In this document: positions 45,938 through 52,561 of the stretch, in pieces
Layout of the letters: each line of letters opens with the position of its first letter
Position numbering within the stretch: position 1 is the stretch's first letter
Source of the DNA: a virus
Taxonomy: Duplodnaviria; Caudoviricetes
DNA: 52,561 nt
Strand: one strand, 5' to 3'
IMG/VR virus record: IMGVR_UViG_3300045738_001973
Coordinates: 1 to 52,561 of that record
The notes under the pieces: generated by a model
What the model saw: only the letters and a program-made list of their open reading frames with translations
What the model was told of the DNA's origin: nothing
Databases searched by the model: none
Position numbers and translations under genes: made by a program

Positions 45938-46294
45938 TTAGCTAACCGAGTCAAAATACAAGGTTTCATGCGGTTTATTGCGCCAAATATCCAAGCCATC
46001 GAGCAAGAGGTTTAAGTCGCGGCCATCGCGTAATTCATAGCCTGACTCGCACTGGCGAGGCCATTTAAAGCGCTGCTTTTCTAGGCGCTTATACCAGACC
46101 ACAAAACCATTTCGCTCCCAATACAGGAGTTTGATTTTATCTCGGCCACGATTGCAAAACACAAACAAGACTTCCATCATCGGCGAGAGCGCCAGCTCGT
46201 TTTCAACCAGCGCGGCCAAGCCATTGATGGACTTGCGCATATCTACCGGGGCCATGTACAAATAGACCTCAATATTGGATGTCGGCCGCAGCAT
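45938..46294 (-). CDS. tnpB: IS66 accessory protein TnpB (start 46294)
   Basis: PVDMRKSINGL, KLLYWERNGF..YKRLE; TGATG overlap with tnpA. Confidence 0.93.
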   Translation of the reverse strand: MLRPTSNIEVYLYMAPVDMRKSINGLAALVENELALSPMMEVLFVFCNRGRDKIKLLYWERNGFVVWYKRLEKQRFKWPRQCESGYELRDGRDLNLLLDGLDIWRNKPHETLYFDSVS

Positions 46295-46593
46295 CAGTTC
46301 GATTCCCGAAGGAGTTGCAGCACGGCGGGCAACACGACAGGCAAATCGCTGGCGGATAATTCCAATCGAACGCCGAGCGGTAAATTCATTATCATACGAG
46401 ATGAGGCTGGCATGCCGCCCAGTTTTAATAATTTTGCTGAGGGCGCTTTTGCGGGGCTCAATCGATTGCGCCAATACGCGAAGTTATGAAATTTGATCTC
46501 ATGCTGCTTGCAATACGCGGCTTGGGATAGTCCGCTGCCTTGCCAGGCGGTGACATGGTCTTGCCAGAATTGGGCTTTGTTGATGGTGGTCAT
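46294..46593 (-). CDS. tnpA: IS66 accessory protein TnpA
   Basis: W..SGLSQAAYC....F.YWR. Confidence 0.9.
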   Translation of the reverse strand: MTTINKAQFWQDHVTAWQGSGLSQAAYCKQHEIKFHNFAYWRNRLSPAKAPSAKLLKLGGMPASSRMIMNLPLGVRLELSASDLPVVLPAVLQLLRESN

Positions 46594-46777
46594 GAATAGC
46601 TCCTCAGTTAAAAATTGAAGAGTAAAGCCGTAGTGGGAAGATTATTAGATGTGGTTTATTGAGCGCTTACGTACCAAGGACATATTGCCAAGATTACTCG
46701 TTCCTTAAATTAGATCGGTAAAACAGAAAGATACCAAGGGGGGGAGCCTTCAAATCGGCAATCCTCCCGTGAAAGCA

Positions 46778-46846
46778 AAATCCATGAGATCTTAATCGCT
46801 AAATCCATGAGGTCTGAATCGCTAAATCCATAAAGACTGAAGCGAG
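46778..46846 (+). repeat. Three tandem 23-bp imperfect repeats
   Basis: AAATCCATGAGATCTTAATCGCT / AAATCCATGAGGTCTGAATCGCT / AAATCCATAAAGACTGAAGCGAG. Confidence 0.85.
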
Positions 46847-47205
46847 TGCTTGCGACGCGGTGGCGTGCTTGGAGAGGGAAGTAATCCTTGAGTGTTCATA
46901 ATAGGTGTCCACTTGAAATGAGGTGGACACCAAGGCTACTAGCTTAAAATCGAATGGAAAGGTGAGTTCGCCGGACGGTTACATACTAAGTTCGGGAAGG
47001 CGTACTTTGGAGCCTGTAGGAAAAATGAACGAACCGTGTCTTTACCGACAACCTCGCAATGACACTGGTTTTTTTAGACTCAGTAATGAGCGAAATTATA
47101 GCTGAGTGTGTCTGCACAATAGCTTCTTCCGGAAGACCTAGATCTGCACTAACTAGATCAACTGTCCCTGGATTCGACCAACATGCGCTTGTAGGATTTC
47201 CAGAT

Positions 47206-49464
47206 TTAAGATCTATCGAAAAGATCATCGATGACGTCGGTCGCTGACCCCATACTATATTTCTGGTCTCGATATCCTTCGAAATGTTGATCTTCGTGCA
47301 TTGCCGACTTCATGTTGTATTGAATTATCTCGTCAATATCACAGCTTTCTGCTACAACTTCCACATCGACATCATCGAAGGCAACTCCGAGGTCTGCAAA
47401 CCTATCATGCACGTAATCGAATATTTCAGAGTGATCACAACTTTCACTGTGATACGCACTACTCATGACACCTTCTTCAATAACATCCCTTGTTATGTCT
47501 TCAGACAAATACTCAATGTAAATCTCTTTAAATTTTTCGGTCAAATTAGATGGAGGTACATCTACGGCAGCTACGAGATTTGAGAGTGGAACAAACTCAT
47601 CCATGTCCTTTTCGTAATCATAAACCCAACCCTTCAGCTTTTCCTTAAAGACCGGGTCACCCGAACTGATTAGACCCAATGTGAATGACCAATAAATAAA
47701 CTCGAAATAATCGATCCCATAGGAACAAGGATCAGAAGATAATGCTGACCTTATTAGGGTTTTAATATAATCAAGAACTATACCTTTTGGTGATAGTAAA
47801 AAAGCACCACAAGACAGTAGTCGAAGCTTATAACCATCTATTTCGCTTCCATTTTTTAATATAGATAACCTAGTAAGCTGCGATTCAAGAAGGTTGCAGT
47901 AATATTCTTGGTCAATTACAGAAGATACCTTCAAACTTTTTAAGTTGGAAATCGATTCAGGTGTTTTTAAACTAAAAAGTAATTCATCGATATAATTAAA
48001 GTCACTTAAATAATTAGAAATGACAAAATCTGCAATTGACGGATTAAATAGATCATATGAAATTTTATCACTGCTAAATACACTTCTGTTCAGTAGTGCG
48101 CCAACCAATAGCCTTTCGACAGAATCAAAACTTCTATTTTTAATTCCTATTAAATTACTTGACAATATCCCTGCGTAGACATCTCTTAATCTTGACTCTA
48201 ATAAAGATGTTCCATTTAGAGATACTGCGACAACAACATGCTTACATATGTCATCAACCTGAACCTCAAGAACATTCTTCCATATATCTTTAGGATTAGA
48301 TAACGTTGTGTGTATATAGTCCCAATACTCACTAGATCTTATACCCGGAAGGCGATGATGGTCAGTAATGAAAGATATAAGTCGAGGGTTGAAATTTTTG
48401 TGCTGAATGATTTTAAGGTATCTCTTTCCTTCATAGAGCTGATCTATATAGTCTTCCTCTAGATCACCGAACCAAATGTGGTTATATAGAATTTTGGCTT
48501 TATCGATATCAGTCAAAGAGGAAATTGATAATTCATATTCATTCCTATCCACCTTCTTGATATCAAAAAGATCACTAAGCCTCTTACCTTGATTCAAGAT
48601 GTTTGATCGCGACGTAAGAATAAATCTCTTCTTCTTATCTTTTTCGATTCTCTTAATGAAATTTATTACATGAGAATCTTGATGCGAACCAAGAGATAAT
48701 AAAAAATTTCTTCCTAAAAAATCATCAAAATAGAAAATCTGTTTTGACTCTTCACTATATAGTTGTTCAGCCTCATTCAATGAGTTTTCTATAAAACAAA
48801 ACTCGTACCCATTAGCCGTGTAGTACTGGCAAAGTTGATCAGCCAAGGATGTTTTACCAACACCAGGAGAGCCTGTAATTATTACAGAGTGAACTTTTTC
48901 AAGTTTTTCCATGGCTTCGGTATGACTTTTAGTTACTACATACCGATTTGATTCTTCAATGATCTCTTCTAGCTTATACTTACTTCTACCAATAATCGCA
49001 GAGCTCAATATCGTTGCAAGAACATTGGTGCTCGAAATCCATAACTTATAATGTTTTCTTTCTACTTCCATATTTTTCGATAGAATATCATTAAGATCTT
49101 CGTTTCCAAAAATATCTGATTCAATTAATATGTATGGAGATAGCAGCGTCTTAATTTTGATCTTATTTTCTCTTGATAACTCCAAAGATGTTACAAATAT
49201 ATAGCGCTTCGGACTAAGCTTTTTTACTTTTTCTAATTCGGTATTCTCTATAGACCTGATTAGCGCGGAAATCCCAGACTTTATCCAATGCTTACATTGG
49301 ATAACAACCTCTTCCCCTTCTGAAGAAAAAAAGCGTCCGTCCACGCCGCCGTCTCGTCCAACTTTAAATCGCTCAACCTTTGAACCTAAATGGCATGTCA
49401 ACAGATCTACTGAAAGATTCTCAAATTCTTTATCGTTCAAGCTACTAAAATCATAATCTGACAT
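47206..49464 (-). CDS. Mrr-like restriction endonuclease fused to a STAND-type NTPase
   Basis: EFE..DGGVD..IQCKH nuclease motif; GSPGVGKT, FDDFLG, TSR, FNPR. Confidence 0.8.
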   Translation of the reverse strand: MSDYDFSSLNDKEFENLSVDLLTCHLGSKVERFKVGRDGGVDGRFFSSEGEEVVIQCKHWIKSGISALIRSIENTELEKVKKLSPKRYIFVTSLELSRENKIKIKTLLSPYILIESDIFGNEDLNDILSKNMEVERKHYKLWISSTNVLATILSSAIIGRSKYKLEEIIEESNRYVVTKSHTEAMEKLEKVHSVIITGSPGVGKTSLADQLCQYYTANGYEFCFIENSLNEAEQLYSEESKQIFYFDDFLGRNFLLSLGSHQDSHVINFIKRIEKDKKKRFILTSRSNILNQGKRLSDLFDIKKVDRNEYELSISSLTDIDKAKILYNHIWFGDLEEDYIDQLYEGKRYLKIIQHKNFNPRLISFITDHHRLPGIRSSEYWDYIHTTLSNPKDIWKNVLEVQVDDICKHVVVAVSLNGTSLLESRLRDVYAGILSSNLIGIKNRSFDSVERLLVGALLNRSVFSSDKISYDLFNPSIADFVISNYLSDFNYIDELLFSLKTPESISNLKSLKVSSVIDQEYYCNLLESQLTRLSILKNGSEIDGYKLRLLSCGAFLLSPKGIVLDYIKTLIRSALSSDPCSYGIDYFEFIYWSFTLGLISSGDPVFKEKLKGWVYDYEKDMDEFVPLSNLVAAVDVPPSNLTEKFKEIYIEYLSEDITRDVIEEGVMSSAYHSESCDHSEIFDYVHDRFADLGVAFDDVDVEVVAESCDIDEIIQYNMKSAMHEDQHFEGYRDQKYSMGSATDVIDDLFDRS

Positions 49465-49575
49465 TGATATGCTGGCCTTAATATTGGATTATGCTTGCAA
49501 TCGAACCCGGAGCGAAAGGGCGAAGTGCACACCACGTTGCCTCGATTGCACGTTTTGTTATGTGCCGCTCTTCGC

Positions 49576-51468
49576 TCATGCTATAAACCTTTTAATTTCA
49601 CGAAGCCAAGTGGTTAAATCTTCATAACCACCTCGTGCTTTAATTCTTTCAATAGTCATTTTTTCAATCGCCTGAGTATTCAGGGATTTTTTCTTGTCAC
49701 TGCTCTGATCTTTTTTCTTCTCAGGAGCCAGATCATTCCAGTTATTATTTACTGCTCTGTTAGTTGCTTCTGCAACCAGCATAGGAACGTCATCTTCATC
49801 GCCAAATTCCGCTAGTTGAATGATTGTCCCATTTTCTGCGTAAGCTTCCATTATAGCTTCATGATGTAGATAGTTTTCCAGCTCCAATTTCGATGTATTA
49901 AACGCGACTTTCCTATCATTTCCTGCCGCATTTATTCGCTCCACGGCTGTACGATATGCTGCAACGTCGCTGTCATATATATGAACCTCAGGCTTGCCAA
50001 GCCCATCAAGATGTTTTTGCTCTATATAGTGCTTTAGCGCTGACCCACCAGTTATGACATAACCGACCTCAGTGGAACTCATCAAATTGATAAAATCCGA
50101 GTCATCTTCGCTTATGATTTGACTGTATCTTTTGAGAGCATTTACGTCGTGATTACCCTCTACGTACAGTAATACTTTAACGCGATCTGATGGATTTGGT
50201 AGAATACCAAGAGTAGATATCACTTTAGATATCACGCCCTCGTCAGCTTCGCCACTGATTGGATTAACACCATAATCAATTTTTATATTGTTATCATGAT
50301 CAGATGATATAAACCGTAACGATTCAACCGGAATTTCCCTGACAAGATTTGCACTATGGGTTGTAAAGAAAACTTGAACATCATCTTGCTGGCTTAACTC
50401 AGACAAGGCGTCAATAATCATGGTTTGATGATTAGGATGCTGTGATGTTTCGGGCTCTTCAATAGCGTATATTATTGAAGGAGCATTCTTTTCAACCTTC
50501 CTCTTTTCCGCTTGAGCTTGAAAAAAACTTAATACTACAAGCCTTCTTATCCCACTTCCCCTTTTGTTCAAAGGTATGTTTTGCTCGTTCAGCAACGTTA
50601 AGTCAAACACCTTGCTATAGTTGGGATCTTTGTTGAATTCAGATTTAAGTCGTTCAGATATATCTTTGTCGAACTTCTTAAGCTTCTCTATCGTTCGATC
50701 TGCTATATCTGTTGAATACTCCTTTACCTTTCTTTCTATACTTTCTAAAAGAACAAGAACTTCCGGTAAAGCAAGTGCTTCATTTATTGCTGATTGAAGA
50801 GGATCTTTGATATCTCCGTCTTTATCATCAAATGTTTTATCCGACTTAAACAGCGAGAAGATAGGAAGTAATTTTTTAAGAGCACCCCAGACAGCTTTCA
50901 AATTATCTTCATTGTCGACGTTACCGTCAACTTTTAGTATTTTAAGTGCTCTCCCTCCACCGATGTGATCTCTTATTGCAGCCCTTATTGGAGCGTTCTT
51001 ACTTTTAATAACCCCATCTAGATTTACATTAAACTCCTCTGCCGCGGCCTTAAGCGGGGTATTTTTCATGCTTAAAAGGTTTGAGAGTCGAGGGTCTGAT
51101 GGATGGTTTGCAATTAGATATACGGCTGTAGTCTTTCGGCCGGCGAAGGTGAACACCTTCATTACTTCTAATTGATTATTAGCATTTAATATACCCTCTT
51201 CGACAGGAGAAGATGCAACTGTAGTATCTAAAATCACCTCGTCAGGAATACCATCAAAATAACAAGTTAGCTCTATTGAGCTTCCGTCAGCATTATTTGA
51301 TAAATCGCTCTGATCTACAGAGTCGTTAAAAAAACCATTTATGGCCTCCAGGATTGCTGATTTCCCGATATCATTTTTTCCGATTATGGCGGTTAAATCC
51401 TCGAGAAAGAACTCCTGTTCAGCTTGGTAGCACCTGAAGTTTTTTAGCTTTATCTTTTTAAGTCTCAT
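49576..51468 (-). CDS. OLD-like ABC ATPase with C-terminal Toprim
   Basis: KNFR, GKNDIGKS, GSG, IEEPE..HP, TTHS, VEG..D, DSD. Confidence 0.82.
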   Translation of the reverse strand: MRLKKIKLKNFRCYQAEQEFFLEDLTAIIGKNDIGKSAILEAINGFFNDSVDQSDLSNNADGSSIELTCYFDGIPDEVILDTTVASSPVEEGILNANNQLEVMKVFTFAGRKTTAVYLIANHPSDPRLSNLLSMKNTPLKAAAEEFNVNLDGVIKSKNAPIRAAIRDHIGGGRALKILKVDGNVDNEDNLKAVWGALKKLLPIFSLFKSDKTFDDKDGDIKDPLQSAINEALALPEVLVLLESIERKVKEYSTDIADRTIEKLKKFDKDISERLKSEFNKDPNYSKVFDLTLLNEQNIPLNKRGSGIRRLVVLSFFQAQAEKRKVEKNAPSIIYAIEEPETSQHPNHQTMIIDALSELSQQDDVQVFFTTHSANLVREIPVESLRFISSDHDNNIKIDYGVNPISGEADEGVISKVISTLGILPNPSDRVKVLLYVEGNHDVNALKRYSQIISEDDSDFINLMSSTEVGYVITGGSALKHYIEQKHLDGLGKPEVHIYDSDVAAYRTAVERINAAGNDRKVAFNTSKLELENYLHHEAIMEAYAENGTIIQLAEFGDEDDVPMLVAEATNRAVNNNWNDLAPEKKKDQSSDKKKSLNTQAIEKMTIERIKARGGYEDLTTWLREIKRFIA

Positions 51469-51885
51469 GCAAACATCCTTATTCTGATTGTTGTGCTATC
51501 TCTCAGCTTTATTTATATAAATAACATTATTAAAAAGACTCGCGCCATATATCGATTTAGCCCACCTATCAAAGAAAGGGCTTTGGCATGAGATAAAGAT
51601 ATCAGGAGGATACAATGAATTAGCTTCTTCGCCATTAGCGAGAGCCAGATAAACGAAGACCAATTCCCTTTATGTCTGTCAAATATACCTTTCCGCTGAT
51701 CATAGCGCATTTTTCATAAATTTCAATGAGTTAAGTGACTCGTAACGAAGTTAATACGAATAACCCTACAAACATACTCTAAAGTAGCGGGAGCAGCAGA
51801 AACTGCTGGGTTGATAGCTCCTTTTGCTGAGTTAATGGAGAAGCGCTTCAATACGATCAGACAGGCCCAAAATAAAACAGGATCC

Positions 51886-51902
51886 GTACCTTTTTTGGGT
51901 AC
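51886..51902. promoter_or_regulatory. Palindromic operator candidate upstream of the XRE gene
   Basis: GTACC-N7-GGTAC. Confidence 0.4.
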
Positions 51903-51922
51903 AAAAGCGCCTTGTACCGATA

Positions 51923-52177
51923 ATGATACACATGATCAAAACGATATCTTCAAAGAAATATCTACAGTTAGCTGCTTGGCTTAAAGATGCGCGAACGATG
52001 CGAGGCTATAGTATGCGGGATCTGGCAGATATTTTAGGTGAACCGCATAGTCTTGTTCAAAAAACAGAAAGCCTAGAGCGCAGGCTCGATATATTCGAAT
52101 ATGTCCAATACTGTAAGGCTTTGGGTATAGATCCAAAACAGGGGTTAGCTATACTCGAAAGTAAAGATAACCCATAA
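51923..52177 (+). CDS. XRE-family HTH regulator
   Basis: LKDAR..GYSMRDLA..LG....V.K.E..ERRLD. Confidence 0.85.
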   Translation: MIHMIKTISSKKYLQLAAWLKDARTMRGYSMRDLADILGEPHSLVQKTESLERRLDIFEYVQYCKALGIDPKQGLAILESKDNP

Positions 52178-52264
52178 TATTCAAAGAGCTAGCAACCAAT
52201 GAATTATACGTTTAGTGGTAAATCTAACTCAAACTCCCAGTGCCCATATTCATCCCACTCGGCC

Positions 52265-52320
52265 CGCCATTACAAAAAAAGGCCCTAGTCGCGAGACTAG
52301 GGCCTTTTTTTGTAATGGCG
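52265..52320 (+). terminator. Bidirectional hairpin terminator (probably the original tRNA-Ser terminator)
   Basis: CGCCATTACAAAAAAAGGCCCTAGTC-GCGA-GACTAGGGCCTTTTTTTGTAATGGCG. Confidence 0.85.
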
Positions 52321-52561
52321 CGGCGGCATTTTCTTCCGCTAATACTAGCATTCAACGCCTTAACCCTTAACTTGAATATCTAGCCGCGCTACATTACACC
52401 GTCGTCGCCAACAAGCGTGACGGCACATCATAAACAGCGGTGAACAATGGCGTTATTTAAAAAAATCTCTGTAGGCCAATTCACTTTTCTGCGAATTATC
52501 GCGGCCCTTGCTTTACTAACCGCCACGCAGGCCTGCCACCTTTACTGGGACATGGCCTGGG

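Larger units (their letters stand above)
44358..46670 (-). mobile_element. IS66-family insertion sequence (2313 bp)
   Basis: GTAAGCGCTCAAT(T/A)AACCAC terminal IRs (19/20); 8-bp TSD GTACCAAG (44350-44357, 46671-46678); tnpA-B-C. Confidence 0.96.
41371..52271. mobile_element. Serine-recombinase genomic island at the tRNA-Ser 3' end
   Basis: CCGCCATT direct repeat (41371-41378, 52264-52271); 15-bp inverted arms at 41384-41398 and 52239-52253; AT-rich cargo; a terminator follows. Confidence 0.85.

Noticed and set aside
46295-46474. N-terminal extension of TnpB to 178 aa
   Set aside because: It overlaps tnpA; the family-like sequence begins at ATG 46294.
46778-46846. CRISPR array
   Set aside because: The repeats are contiguous with no spacers, and no cas genes are present.
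46923-47583. Short ORFs around the end of the STAND gene
   Set aside because: They are overlapping or antisense with no supporting signals.
49490-49563. Integron attC-like site between the two defence-like genes
   Set aside because: It has an ACATAAC-like end and a 9-bp IR (49496-49504/49542-49550) but no matching GTTRRRY core, so it is at most a remnant.

Overview
The window is a tRNA-Ser(GGA) integration hotspot carrying two stacked mobile elements. (1) An apparently complete ~41-kb P2/phiCTX-like myovirus prophage spans 304-41379, bounded by a 30-bp att duplication of the tRNA 3' end. It has a tyrosine integrase, a P4-alpha-like primase-helicase, its own beta clamp, CsrA, a C5 methyltransferase, a full head/tail set, a recognisable 19-nt cos and the gpE/E' frameshift. 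(2) A ~10.9-kb serine-recombinase island spans 41371-52271 and carries an intact IS66 and two defence-like genes (REase-STAND NTPase and OLD-type ATPase/Toprim). The strongest signal is a prophage anti-CRISPR/anti-defence locus at 13.9-15.8 kb. It is built from two near-identical promoter/operator/leader cassettes, each driving a small gene I do not recognise (93 aa, and a 53-aa acidic ORF missing from the ORF track), followed by a shared hairpin and then an Aca-like HTH or an AcrVA2-family gene. Other notable items are a class-3 lipase plus lipoprotein in the lysis cassette with no recognisable spanins, a serine integrase whose att site lies in its own 3' end (predicting a 19-aa longer protein after excision), a tailspike/Wzy-like/DUF2971 insert with an extra late-promoter motif, and a 302-bp inverted-repeat element between cos and attR. 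All family calls come from motif recognition by eye; no database searches were run.
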